This document shows positions 36,234 to 49,233 of a stretch of DNA of 64,000 bases, in pieces (the first letter of the stretch is position 1; each line of letters starts with the position of its first letter). Under the pieces are notes generated by a model. It was not told the origin of the DNA and ran no database searches. It was given only the letters and a program-made list of their open reading frames with translations. The stretch is from Somniosus microcephalus (Eukaryota), in the NCBI GenBank assembly GCA_052327205.1, contig CM126211.1, positions 16,678,001-16,742,000 of the forward strand. The letters are read 5' to 3'. The translations under genes and the position numbers were made by a program.

Positions 36234-37737
36234 ACATAAGAGCTAAGAAATAGGAGCAGGAGTCGGCCATTCGGCCCCTCGAGCCTGCTCCGCCATTCAA
36301 TAAGATCATGGCTGATCTTCTACCTTATCTCCACTTTCCTGCACTATCCCCATTTCGTCCAGTGGTCATGAAAGGCACTATATAAATGCCAGTCTTTCTT
36401 TCTTTTCTTTATCCCTTGATTCCCTTAATATCCAAAAATCTATCGATCTCTGTCTTGAATATGCTCAACGACTGAGCTTCCACAGCCCTCTGGGGTAGAG
36501 AATTCGAAGATTCACCACCCTCTGAGTGAAGAAATGTCTCCTCATCTCAGTCCTAAATGGCTGACCCCTTACTCTGAGACTATGACCCCTGGTTCTGGAC
36601 TCCCCAGCCAGGGGAAACATCCTCCCTGCATCTACCCTGTCAAGCCCTGTAAGAATTTTGTATGTTTCAATGAGGTCACCTCTCATTCTTCTAAATTCTA
36701 GAGAATATAGGCCTAGTCTACTCAATCTCTCCTCACAGGACAATCCCCCCATCCCAGGAATCAGTCTGGTGAACCTTTGTTGCACTCCCTCTATGGCAAG
36801 TATATCCTTCCTTAGGTAAGGAGACCAAAACTGTGCACAGTACTCCAGGTGTGGTCTCACCAGGGCCCTGTATAACTGTAGTAAGACATCTTTACTCTTA
36901 TACTCAAATCCTCTTGTAATAAAGGCCAACATACCATTTGTTTTCCTAATTGCTTGCTGTACCTGCATGTTAACTTTCAGTGATTCGTGTACAAGGACAC
37001 CCAGACTCCTCTGAACACCAACATTTCCCAATCTCGCACCATTTAAATAATACTGTTTTTCTATTTTTCCTACCAAGTGGATAACTTCAAATTTCTCCAC
37101 GTTATATTCCATTTGCCATGTTCTTGCCCACTCACTTAGCCTGTCTATATCCCCTTGAAGCCTCTTTGCATCCTCCTCACAACTTACATTCCCACCCAGC
37201 TTTGTATCATCAGCAAACTTGGATATATTACATTTGGTCCCCTCATCCAAATCATTGATGTAGATTGTGAATAGCTGAGGCCCAAGCACTGATCCTTGCA
37301 GTACCCCACTAGCTACAGCCTGCCAACCCGAAAATGACCCGTTTATTCCTACTCTCTGTTTTCTGTCCGTGAACTAATTCTCAATCCATGCTAGTATATT
37401 ACCCCCAATCCCATGAGCCCTAATTTTGTTTAATAGCCTCTTGTGTGGCACCTTATCAAATGCCTTCTGAAAATCCAAATACACCACATCCACTGGTTCC
37501 CCCTTATCTATTCTGCTAGTTACAACCTCAAAAAACTCGAACAGATTTGTCAAACATGATTTCCCTTTCATAAATCCGTGTTGACTCTGCCCAATCCTAT
37601 TATTATTTTCTAAGTGCCCTGTTACCACGTCCTTAATAATAGATTCTAGCATTTTCCCTACTACTGATGTCAGGCTAACTGGTCTGCAGTTCCCCGTTTT
37701 CCCTCTCCCTCCTTTCCTAAATAGTGGGGTTACATTT
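36234..37737 (-). mobile_element. ~1.5-kb 5'-truncated CR1 LINE (RT domain)
   Basis: RPVSLTSVVGKMLE, QHGFMKGKSCLTNL, YLDFQKAFDKVPH, LGPQLFTIYINDLD, KFADDTK; a ~55-bp SINE tail is inserted at ~36356-36410. Confidence 0.95.
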
Positions 37738-38228
37738 TTAAAGGGAAAATAGGAAAGTGCCACATTATTACACAGAATAACATAAAATCTACACCACAGA
37801 AACAGGCCATTCGGCCCAACAGGTCCGTGCCGGCGTTTATGCTCCACACAAGCCTCCTCCCACCCAGCTTCATCTCACCCTATTAGCATATTCTTCTCTT
37901 CCTTTTCCCCTCATGATTGAACCTGGACACAAAACGTGTACATGAAGTTGAGTCTCCCCTACAGTCTTCACCCGTTCACTTCCACATAGCCAGAACAAGA
38001 ACTGCTGAATTGGTCAAAAGCTGCTGAGTAAATGTCTCTATCTGAGTTAGGGCCCATCATTTAACCGCTTTCTCTATAGACGCACTCTGGGACATACCCA
38101 GCCATGAGAACCCAGTGACTTAAATTCAGGTTTTGCAGGCATTTAAGATCGTCATTCATCAAAAGACAGAGCGACACCTAGCTGTTTGTTGGTGCTGAGC
38201 AAAGCTTAATCACATGGCCCAGCCATCA

Positions 38229-38592
38229 CAAAATTCTTACAGGGCTTGACAGGGTAGATGCAGGGGGGATGTTTCCCCTGGCTGGGGAGTCTAGACCACG
38301 GGGTCACAGTCTCAGAATAAGGGGTCGGCCATTTAGGACTGAGATGAGGAGGAATTTCTTCACTCAGAGGGTGGTGAATCTTTGGAATTCTCTACCTCAG
38401 AGGGCTGTGGAGGCTCAGTCGTTGAGTATATTCAAGACAGAGATCAATAGATTTTTGAATATTAAGGGAATCAAGGGATATGGGGATAGTGCAGGAAAGT
38501 GGAGATGAGTTAGAAAATCAGCCATGATCTTATTGAAGCAGGCTTGAGGGGCCGAATGGCCTACTCCTGCTCCTATTTCTTATGTTCTTATG
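38229..38592 (+). mobile_element. CR1 3' end
   Basis: MFPLAGESRPRGHSLRIRGRPFRTEMRRNFFTQRVVNLWNSLP. Confidence 0.92.
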
Positions 38593-40097
38593 TTATGTGA
38601 CTGCGCACTACAGCCCCAAAATGACTCTGCTCTGCTCGGAGTGTAGAGTCTTTCTTGACGGGAATGCAGAGCAGAGGCACTGGGTGTTAATGGGAGCGCA
38701 AACTAGCTCGGGAATTTCCCATTTTCTGACCACTGATTTTAATTGATTCTCCAATGTGTTGTTCCATCTGATGCGAGGCTCCAAGCCAGGAGTGAACTCT
38801 TTAAATTTTAGGTTCATGCGGCGTGTGTTAATTTTGCTTCGTTGTCTATGCAAAAATGATGCTGGAAATACGCTGAAGGGTCCCATAGGTTTCTCACTGA
38901 AATGGGGACAGACAGCTAATTAAAACAGGTGCCAAGGGCAGAGTGGATTCATTATCTTGAGTTCTCCTACTCAGCATTAAAAGCTGCTCGACCATTCAAC
39001 GAATCAGTCAGGAGATGGCTCAGGGTTAGCTTGATTTTATTTTTTTGTTCTCTTCCCTTCTGGCGGAATTCATCCTTTGAAAGCTTTCTTTTTACCTCTG
39101 TAGAAAGTCAGGATTCATCCTTCAATCCAAAGGCACTTCCCTGGAATAAATTGCTACTGTCCAGCCAATTGGAATCACAAGAGATACTGTGCTCAACTGT
39201 GCTTTAATCATCTAATAATTAGGTATGCATATACTTGGGCAACGGGTTACCATTGGGGTAGTAACTTGTTGGCATGGAGAGAAGCAGAATGCTAAGCACA
39301 CAGTGGCGTGTCAATACCGTGTGCTTTCATTCATTATTGCCACTGGATACAATTATTTCAACACAGTATTATAATAATAGTGGAATGAAACATGGCTGAG
39401 CCTTTGATGGTCTTTATTTGCACTGGCTCTGGGCAGATGTTTATACAGAGAGCTCCAGAGAACAGGCTTAAACCATTGCAAATGTGTTGCTCTCCGGGCC
39501 GATTAACTGGGTTTGATTTTATCATCTGGGCTTATTTAGTGCATTAATGCTGATGCACTGTCGGCAAATACGCACGCCAACCCAACGCACTTCAGTGTTG
39601 CGCCAATACCGGTCTTGCGCGACACTCTTAACTCATCACTTCAAATTGTTTCACCCCCGTGCCCCGCCACTACTATCATCAGCGCTTCACTCTGGCGTTA
39701 CGTCGACGCAAATGAGCTCCCCAGGCACAAGTCAAGTTTGAAAGGAAATTTAATTGGTATGAAAAATTCACAAACCCACCATGATGCTTTACTAAAATCA
39801 GAATGACAACTCTGTGAGCTTAGACAAGTGTCGGCCGGCTATTTAAGGTGGTGAAGGGGCAACAAGAAGAATGCAAAAAGGCTGGAGCATTACAGCCAAG
39901 CAATCCTTCAGCGCCCAAGTGCCTTGCAGCAAGGGAAATATGGTCAACAATCAGGATTGGGGAAAAAACAGCTATTTTTTTCCCCCTCTATAGCCTATTG
40001 ATGCTGAGGTCAACTGTCACACCCCTACTGATGTCCAAGCCGAGTTAAACTAACTCAAAGCATAGCCAAGGCACAGAGGATAGTGTGTTTACCTTTT

Positions 40098-40295
40098 TTT
40101 AAATCTTAATTCTTGGGATGTGGGCGCTGCTGGCTAGGTCACCATCAATAGTTGCCCTTGAGAAGGTGGTGGTGGGCCTTCTTCTTGAACCACTGCAGTC
40201 CGTGTGGTGAATCTACTCCCACAGTGCTGTTAGGTAATGAGTCCCAGGATTTTGACCCAGCGGCGATGAAGGAACGGCAATCTATCTCCAAGTCT
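40098..40295 (-). mobile_element. LINE 3' tail (family of 45518-46030)
   Basis: cccttgagaaggtggtggtgggccttcttcttgaaccactgcagtcc. Confidence 0.78.
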
Positions 40296-40344
40296 AACCC
40301 TAACCCAATGTTTTCCAATACCTTTTTATAAAAATTGTTGAGTG

Positions 40345-40902
40345 GATGTACTGCGTACAGTTTTGGTCTCCTTATTTAAGGAAGGATATACTTGCATTGG
40401 AGGCAGTTCAGAGACGATTCACTAGGTTAATTCCAGAGATGAGGGGGTTGACTTATGAAGAAAGGTTGAGCAGGTTGGGCCTATACTCATTGGAATTTAG
40501 AAGAATGAGAGGTGATCTTATTGAAACATATAAGATACTGAGGGGGCCCGACAAGGTAGATGCAGAGAGGATGTTTCCCCTCGTGGGGAAATCTAGAACG
40601 CGGGGGGTCTCAGTTTTAGAGTAAAGGGTCGCCCTTTTAGAACTGAGATAAGGAGAGATTTCTTCTCTCAGAGGGTCATAAATCTGTGGAATTCTCTGCC
40701 CCAGAGAGCCGTGGAGGCTGGGTCATTAAATGCATTTGAGGTGGAGATAGACAAATTTTTGCAAGATAAGGGACTGAAGGGTTATGGGGAGCGGGCGGGG
40801 AAGTGGCTTTGAGCCCAAGATCAGCCATGATCTTATTGAATGGTGGAGCAGGCTCGAGGGGCCAAGTGGCCTATTCCTGCTCCTATTTCTTGTGTTCTTA
40901 TG
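40345..40902 (+). mobile_element. CR1 3' end
   Basis: YCVQFWSPYLRKDILALEAVQRRFTRLIP. Confidence 0.92.
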
Positions 40903-41306
40903 CCCTTAGTTTTTGAAGATATGAAACATCCCCGACACAGTATGACTTATGCTGTTCCTATGGTGTGAATGTAAGTTTTAAGTGGACCCCATGCAAATCA
41001 GTATCAGACTGTGTCAAGTGTAAGGTCTGCCTTAGATACTCTGTCAGGTGCTAGTAATTTGCAGTCAGCCGTGAAGCAAAGCCGATCCCCTCTCGCCTCG
41101 AAGTAAGCTTCGCACAAAGACCTCGCGATCTCGGTGGCGAGGTGTTCACCTTTTCCAACGTGTAACTGAAATCAACGCAAGCTAATTGGGAATTCCCAAT
41201 GACGAGCTGCTGGGATGTCAACAAGCTGTCTAAGCAGCCCATCAAAATGCAGAATTCTCACAGACAGCGAAACCAGAAAGTGGGTAAGCTCCTAAAATTC
41301 TAAGGA

Positions 41307-41530
41307 GGGGAGAAATTCGGTGGCGCCCCCTCCGGGGCACTAACTTCGCCGCGGCGCTAATTTTAGCCCCCCGAAAAAGTTAGCGCCCCTGCGCCGTAAA
41401 TTCAGTGGTAGTGCCCCAATCAGGAGGCGGGGCGCTATTGGAAGCCCTCCAGCTCCTTCCTGGGGCGCTACAAGTGAATATCACAGCACTAGGTGCAACA
41501 GCGCCACGCGCATCGGGTGGACAGCGTAGC
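41307..41530. mobile_element. Family B MITE left-end fragment
   Basis: ggggagaaattcggtggcgcccc...ggcgcta motifs as at 55613. Confidence 0.6.
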
Positions 41531-42464
41531 CTCTGGAGGAGCAGTGAGCCCAGATAGAAATCATTAAGCTGCTTTATTTCACGTGCAGCTATTGCACATA
41601 CAGACTACAACTCCAGGAATTTCACGTTAGGCTGCGCTCGTGCTAAATCCTGAAGTGGCGGTCAGTTTCAAAGTCGAAATGATGTCGAACGCTGCCAGTT
41701 CACCATCACCAGGACCGCTAATTCCGGGCCCTTATGTTTAGGGATTTGTCCATACGGCCCGATATTTAACTATACGACAGCTTAGCTTGGGATGTGATCT
41801 GAACTGGATATGTGCCTTTCGCACCTCCCTCACATGCATCTCTCCAATCTCTTCGAAGGTGGACTGTGAACATTTAGAAAGGTGAGCCCAGAAGAACTCA
41901 TTAAGCTGCTTCACTTCACGCGCAGCTATTGCACATACAGAGCAGGAGTGAAAGCAAATTCTACCTAGTTAGCTCAATTTCACCTCTCCTTGAAAATGTG
42001 GGAAAAGAGTAATAAACCTCATGCCTTGTCCCTTTTCTGGTTTGCCTGTTTACTTCAACTAGAAAATCTGACCTCCTGCATACTTGGTCGCTAGCTCCAG
42101 GCCAATCCGCTATGTCTCACTGTGTTATGGTCAAAACATGATTTTCCATGTGTCCTTTTGTCTCTTTTTTTCTCTCCATTACTTACGGTCCCGGAAAGCA
42201 AAGGGGCAGTCTTCCCGGCACCTTTCTGGGCATGGATTTGCCAGCAGGCCTGTCAATCAAACCAAACACCTGCCTCCCTGTAGGCATTCCTTACAGGGCT
42301 GTGTACAGTGACACCACAAGTCCTGGCCAGAAGTTGGCTAATGATTTGGCTAACTCCCCCGTCAATCACTGCTGCAAGTGACTGGGATTGAATTTACGCA
42401 CGCCGTTTGTGCCATCCTCCACTCACTGCATTTTGCTGGAGTAATGTTCTTGCTTTTATCGGGA

Positions 42465-42820
42465 GACTTTGCTGTAGTTTCAGACATGAGTTCTGTTTGC
42501 TGTAGTTCCTAAAGGCTCTGTTTTTACTGAGTAAATAGACTGCTTGCTGTAGTGCGCTGCTTAAATAGACTCTGTTTGTTGCTTGCTGTAGTGCGCTGTT
42601 TAAATAGACTCTGTTTATTGCTTGCTGTAGTGCGCTGTTTAAATAGACTCTGTTTGTTGCTTGCTGTAGTGCGGTTTAAATAGACTCTGTTTGTTGTTTG
42701 CTGTAGTGGACTATTTAAATAGCCTGTTTGTTGTTTGCTGTAGTGGACTATTTAAATAGACTCTGTTTGCTATTTGCTGAGTAAATAGATTTTATTTGCT
42801 GTAAAATAGACTCTGCTGTA
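42465..42820. repeat. ~39-bp minisatellite, about 7-8 degenerate units
   Basis: Unit ttgctgtagtgcgctgtttaaatagactctgtttgttgc repeated head to tail. Confidence 0.9.
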
Positions 42821-43364
42821 AGTTCCGCCATAAGTCCCGCCCCACCTCCAACTCATTGGCTGATACAGTGGTGTCAATACTCACTTCGTTCGTACATGAA
42901 TAGAATCGTCCTGACCATAATCGGTGTGAATATTTGTTCGAACACTTGAGAGGAGATGATGAGTTTCTTAACAATTGGTTATTCCGTCTAATAGAGCTGG
43001 GATGAGACAATAAGATCCTTGCGTCAGTTTGAAATAAGCTCAAAGTGGTGGCATCCTCCCAAAGTGGCCTATCTGGCTTCATAATCTCCAATACCTGAAG
43101 CCTGTGGCCTTTCTTTTTAATCTGGTGTGAATTCACTTTGTTTTAAAACATCACCTTTAAACATAACTCAATCCCAAAATCTTTCATGTGAAGAAAAAAT
43201 ATCAGAAAATCCCAAAATGTGACAGAGAACAATATGCTCATGATTGAACAAAAATTTTATTAGGCCTATTTCTCTGAAGTCACAAGTCAGTGTGTGATTC
43301 TCACTATAAGAATTGCAAGGCAACTTGCTCTTAACCTTACAGATTGATAAGAGTTTAGCAGTAC

Positions 43365-43830
43365 GTCCCGTTCACCCATCATCCCTGTGCTCACTGATCT
43401 ACTTTGGCTCCCAGTCCGGCAGCACCTCAGTTTTAAAATTTTCATCCTTGTTTGCAAATGACTCCATGGCCTTGCCCCTTCCTATCACTATAACTCCTTC
43501 CCAGCCCTACAAAACGTTGTGATCTCTGCGTTCCTCCAATTCTGGCCTCTTGCGCACCCTCGATTTTCATCACACCGCCATTGACGGCCGTGCCTTCAGC
43601 TGCCTGGGACCTAAGCTTCCTAATTCCCTCTTTAAACCTCTCCGCCTCTCTCTCCTCCTTTAAGATGCTCCTTAAAACCTACCTCTTTGACCAAGCTTTT
43701 GGTCACCTGCCCTAATATCTCGTTATGTGTCTTGCTGTCAAATTTTGGTTGACAACGCTCCTGTGAAGCACATTGGGACGTTTTACTACTTTAAAGACGC
43801 AATATAAATGCAAGTTGCTGTTGTTGTTGT
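43365..43830 (+). mobile_element. L2 3' end
   Basis: ctccttaaaacctacctctttgaccaagcttttggtcacc; tail ataaatgcaagttgctgttgttgttg. Confidence 0.88.
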
Positions 43831-44710
43831 AGGAAACTGCACCTGCCAGCTTCATATTTTAACATGAAATAACCCTAAATAATTAGATGTGACATGTCTG
43901 AATTACTGACAGGCAAGTGCAAACTGTACAATGTCCCCTAATTCTGCTCTGGGAATCATCTCTGCTGCACTGAAAATGAGAATTCTGCATATATGACATA
44001 TTGAACATCATCAACAGCAACCTTTTGTATTTGCATCAAATAGAAGAAAGATCATTTTATTTGTTCAGTGACTTTTTGGAGACAGCATGGTATTCATGAA
44101 GGGCACTTGAGTTTAAAAATAAATGTTCTTTCCATAAATTTTCTTTCTTTAGATATGGAAATCTGCTAGATGCAAAACTTAAGATAGCTCATTTTTATTT
44201 CCAGGCATGTTATTAATTTCAATCGAGAGTTTTCAGCAGCTTCAATTCCTGTCAAAAATGAGAAACATCCCCCTCGGAGATGTCTGTGAAAGTGCATATG
44301 GTTAATACAGGCACCGCATCAGTTGCACTATGAATCTTCATAATGTGATTCATCGCTGGCTTAGATATGACATTGTCTTCATCTTCATTGTCAGCTTTTT
44401 AAATCGATGTTGGATGGGTGCAACATTCAATATAGTCAAATAATATTTTACAGCTATAAATATTTGATGAAGGTTCTCTTTGCAAACACAGGACATCAAC
44501 ATGGTCCTTCTTTATACCTGTTTAGTCTCACTGCTTGCGACAGTGACCTTCTGGTGGGGAGCGCACCAAGTGAAATTCCTTCAACTCTTACGACATGGAA
44601 AACTTTAAGAGACAATGTTCGAAAGGCACAGCAGTTCAATCAGCATCTGAAAGAGCAAGATAGGCTAATGTATCGATTGCAACTCTGTCAGCACCGATGA
44701 ATGCAGTCAG

Positions 44711-45180
44711 TGTCAGCCATGGCTCAGTTGGTAGCGCCCTCGCCTCTGAGAAGGTTGTGGGTTCACGGTCCCACTCCAGAGACTTGAGCACAAAAATCTA
44801 GGCTGACACTCCAGTGCAGTGCTGAGGGAGTGTTGCACTGTCGGAGGTGCCGTCTTTCAGATGAGACATTAAACCGAGGCCCCGTCTGCTCTCTCAGGTG
44901 GGCATAAAAGTTCCCACGGCCCAATTTTGAAGAAGAGCAGGGGAGGTCTCCCCAGTGTCTCGGCCAATATTTATCCCTCAACCAACATCACTAAAACAGA
45001 TTACCTGGTCATTATCACATTGCTGTTTGCGAGATTTTGCTGTGCGCAAATTAGCTGCCGCATTTCACATATTAGAACGGTGGCTACATTTCAAACAGTA
45101 CTTCATTGGCTATAAAGCGCTTTGGGATGTCCAGTGGCCGTGAAAGGCGCTATATAAATGCAAGTCTTTCTTTTTTTTTT
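44711..45180 (+). mobile_element. Full-length DeuSINE (SacSINE1-like)
   Basis: tRNA head tggctcagttgg, Deu domain, tail aaaggcgctatataaatgcaagtctttc. Confidence 0.9.
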
Positions 45181-45311
45181 CAGTTCTGACCAAGGGTCAC
45201 GCCAGAAACATTAACCTATCTTTCTCTCTCAGACATGACTCTTTTCATTTAAGATTTCCAGCTTTCTTGTTTAATCACTTTTTTTTTTTATTTGCACAGG
45301 CCCTCTTTGAT

Positions 45312-45510
45312 AGAAAGACTTGCATTTCTGTAGCACCTTTCACGACTTCAGGATGTCTCAATGTGCTTTACAGCCAATGTTCACAGCCAGGAAACACGGC
45401 AGCAAATTTGCACACAGCAAGCTCCCACAAACAGCAATGAAATACATAACATGATAATCTGGTTTAGTGATGTTTGGTTAAAGTGTAGTCACTGTTGTAA
45501 TGTAGGAAAG
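45312..45510 (-). mobile_element. Rearranged DeuSINE tail fragment
   Basis: agaaagacttgcattt...gcacacagcaagctcccacaaacagcaatg. Confidence 0.75.
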
Positions 45511-45517
45511 ATAGGGA

Positions 45518-46030
45518 CTACTCTCCACTTGCCTGGATGAGCGCAGCTCCAACAACACTCAAGAAGCTCGACACCATCCAGGACAAAGCAGCCCGATTGA
45601 TTGGCACCCCATCCACCACCTTAAACATACACTCCCTCCACCACTGGCGTACCGTGGCTGCAGTGTGTACCATCTACAAGATGCACTGCAGCAACTCGCC
45701 AAGACTTCTTCGGCAGCACCTCCCAAATCCACGACCTCTTCCACTTAGAAGGGCAAGGGCAGCAGACGCATGGGAACACCATCACCTCCAAGTTCCCCTC
45801 CAAGTCACACACCATCCTGACTTGCAAATATATCGCCGTTCCTTCATCGTCGCTGGGTCAAAATCCTGGAACTTCCTACCTAACAGCACCGTGGGAGCAC
45901 CTACACCACACGGATTGCAGCGGTTCAGGAAGGCGGCTCACCACCACCTTCTCAAGGGCCATTAGGGATGGGCAATAAATGCTGGCTTTGCCAGCAAAGC
46001 CCACATCCTATGAGCAAATATTAAAAAAAA
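45518..46030 (+). mobile_element. LINE (CR1/Jockey group) ORF2 C-terminus and tail, a family distinct from the main CR1
   Basis: WMSAAPTTLKKLDTIQDKAARLIG...SLHH.RTVAAVCTIYKMH...KSWNFLP; ends in an A-rich tail. Confidence 0.8.
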
Positions 46031-46902
46031 TGTAGGGATCCATGCCTGCTATCTGAACCCAGTTTCATCTGATAGGAAGACACTGGAAGAATATCAGGTA
46101 GCTTCCTCGAGCCATGGTCTGTCAGTAATCCTAAGGATTTTACTTTTAATTTTAACTGCAGAGGTGGCTGTACACTAACACGATGACCAGAGAGAGGAGA
46201 GCTCATCAGTAAGTTGCAATTTGCTAGTTTTTAAAATAATTGGCGGATCTCCTGTGGCATTGCTCAAGGGTAGTCTGAGGTCTGGAGCAACTTTGTGATG
46301 TTTAGCTGCTAACTTGGCCTCTCCCTTTTAAGGCCATTGCTTTGGGGAGCCGGACAGTGACTAACTGTATGTTAGAAGTGCCGGGTTAGCGGAGTGTTTT
46401 ATGTGGTTTCTCTCCTTTTTTTCTATAGTAATCTGGGATGTAATGTTTAAGTTATCCACCAGATGGAGCCAAAGATTAAGGGATCATATTCACCAGTGTT
46501 TAAGGTAATGTCCTGGTACACCAGTTAGTATGGTAATGTGGCATTGCATTATGGGTATGACTCAGAGGAGTTCCTCCATCTTGCATCGTGCAGTTAGAAA
46601 TACTGTGTTTTGCTTGCAGCCTGTAAGAGCTATGTCTCTCTGCTACACCGTGTAATAAACAATTGGGTTTTGTTCCTTAAGATCTCGCTTATCTCAGTTT
46701 CGGACCTTACCACTCAGATATCACATTTTCCTTATAAAACATTTAAGAGTCTTTTAGTATTGTGACAGGCCTTCCTGAATCCAAATCTCAAGTTCAAAAC
46801 AAAAATGTTGTTGAATATTTATGCTCATCATGGTAAGCACTGCTCATGCTGGGAAAAGCACCCAGAGTAGTGTCAAGTGCTCCCAGATCAGGTATAGTCT
46901 CA

Positions 46903-47048
46903 TTAGAACATAAGAAATAGGAGCAGGAGTCGGCCATTTGGCCCTTCGAACCTGCTCCACCATTCATGGCTGATCTTCTACCTCATCTCCCCTTTCCTGC
47001 ACTATCCCCATATCACTTGATTCCCTTAATATTCAAAAATCTATCGAT
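46903..47048 (-). mobile_element. CR1 3' tail
   Basis: agaacataagaaataggagcaggagtcggccatt. Confidence 0.85.
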
Positions 47049-47404
47049 TAGCGGGCGAGTCTACTCCCCCTGTTCTGCCTCGGCCTCAAAATCAAAAGAA
47101 CACTGATAACTGCGCCATTGTTCCATTTCCTTTGCTTAGTTGAACAATTACCTGGGAGTGTTGCAGTTTTTCGCAGCACATGTGGGCATTTTTCTTTGCA
47201 TTTTAAAGGACCCTGTAGTTGAATCATGCGATATAGGATCTCACAGGATATGACCTCTGTGATGTCGGGGCCCCACAGGAGGCCAGATTATTTTCAACAG
47301 TGAATTACACAAAAATTCAATGGCCCCCCAGATGTTATATTACAAAACAGATGTGTATCTGTGCGTGATAGTCTGTGAACTCTGTTTTAGAGTGAAAGGT
47401 TGTG

Positions 47405-47924
47405 TGTATATATAAAAAGGATCCATCCGTCTGTATGTCTGTCTGTATGTCTGTCTGTATGTATTTCTGTCCGCTATACACTCAAAAGTTATAGAGTGTA
47501 CCTACACATATGTTATATCAAAAGAAAGGTTATGATTAGGGGAGTGTCATAGGTGTATTTACTTTTTGGTCAGACAAAAATTGTTCGGACAGTATACAAA
47601 AAACGTTCAAAAATCCGCTCATTAGCGGTTGACCAATCCTACCACTCATTAGCATTGAGTGACGTGATGGTTGACCAATCCTACAGTTCAGTGATCAGGT
47701 CACTGAAATCAGTGCGTCACGGGCGGGACCTAATCCTGCAGCCTCCCGAAACGTTGCCGTCATTTTTTCCTCTGCTTTTCCTCAACAGCGAGCAGGGCAG
47801 CTGCGTCGGCCCGCCGGAGCGGGAGGTGAGTTGGGGTCACTCGGGCCGGGCCTCACAACTGCTTGGCCCGAGACACAGAGCGGGGGAGCGGCAGCGGGCG
47901 GCCGTGAAAATTCAAATTCTCTAG
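47405..47924 (+). mobile_element. Possible non-autonomous Helitron
   Basis: 5' tatatataaaa followed by a (TGTC/TGTA)n microsatellite; 3' GC-rich gcggcagcgggcggccgt then CTAG|T; no TIR or TSD. Confidence 0.4.
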
Positions 47925-48024
47925 TTTTCAGCATGTCAGTCAGTTATTTGTTATTCTTCACATTTTTATAAGATTTTCATGAATTATAAAGATGATACCA
48001 GAAATGTGATGTTATGAAAATCAG

Positions 48025-48425
48025 GAAAGATTGAACAGGCTGGGGCTCTTTTCTCGAGAAAAAAGAAGGCTGAGGGGTGACCTTATAGAGATCTTTTAAA
48101 GGGATTCGATAGGTTAGACGTAGAGAAGATGTCTTCACTTGTGAGGGAGTCTAAAACCAGGGGCCATAAATATAATATAGTCACTAATAAATCCAACAGG
48201 GAATTCAGGAGAAACTTGTTTACCCAGAGAGTGATTAGAATGTGGAACTCGCTACCACAGGGAGTGGTTGAGGTGAATAGCAGAGGGAAAGGGGGAAGTA
48301 CATGGGGGAGAAAGGAACAGAAGGATATGCAGATTGAATTAGATGAAGTAGGGCGGGAGGAGGCTCGTATGATGCATGGACTAGTTGGGCCGAATGGCCT
48401 GTTTCTGTGCTATAAGTTCTATGTG
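48025..48425 (+). mobile_element. CR1 3' end
   Basis: ESKTRGHKY...FRRNLFTQRVIRMWNSLP. Confidence 0.87.
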
Positions 48426-49233
48426 ATCTTTATCTTAATTGGCTTTCTTTTTAATCCTATTACATGGCTCACAAAGCCACAATTACCAGTCCAGTCTGGG
48501 CCAAAGCCACTTTCAGCATCACACACAGTTGCTGTGTTCTGGTTCTCAGTGAAATGAAGTGGAAATTCATTGCATCAGCCCTTCCAGTCACACTCAGGGA
48601 GTGAAATCCCATCGCCAGAAGAGCCAATCTCTGTTCTTAAGTCAAAACAGGGACACCATTCGCATTCAATTACTTTCCAGCTCTCCATCTTCATACAGTG
48701 AGCCGGGTTGCAATTTCCAGCCATTACTAACAGGCCAGCTACATTGTGAAGAGCCTTTTGATGTAAAACTGCAACCAGTTAGGATTTGATATCTTAAAAG
48801 ATCCAGACTCACAAATTTCATGCACCTGGGAATTTGAGTTTGATTTTCCAGCCTTATCCAGCAATCTAAGATACATATTAAGCCCCCAATGCGGTATATA
48901 AGGATGACATATTACTTGATAATGTAATTTACTATTTTCTGGTCACTTGTCGTGTTAACAATCAACCCTCCGCATCTTACATCCAGCAAATAAACCACAA
49001 CCCATCCAAATAGAGAAGGAAAGAAACAAAGAATGTTCTTCATTCTTTTTCTATAAATTGCACTGTCACTTCTCGCCAATCCTGCTTCACACTGAAGCTC
49101 TTAGAAACATGGGCTGCTTGCTTCCTTCTGACACAATAACATCGTTCCTCAAAATTTGCTTGAAGCTTATGGAACCTGTAAAGTTCGAGGAGCCACGCCT
49201 ACAGGAGGGTTAAAGGCTCAAACTCGAGATAAT

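Noticed and set aside
42465-42820. CRISPR-like array
   Set aside because: Units are head to tail without unique spacers, the context is vertebrate, and there are no cas genes.
44711-44790. tRNA gene (also at ~14030, ~20040, ~54590)
   Set aside because: The A/B boxes run directly into the DeuSINE body; these are SINE heads, not complete cloverleaves.
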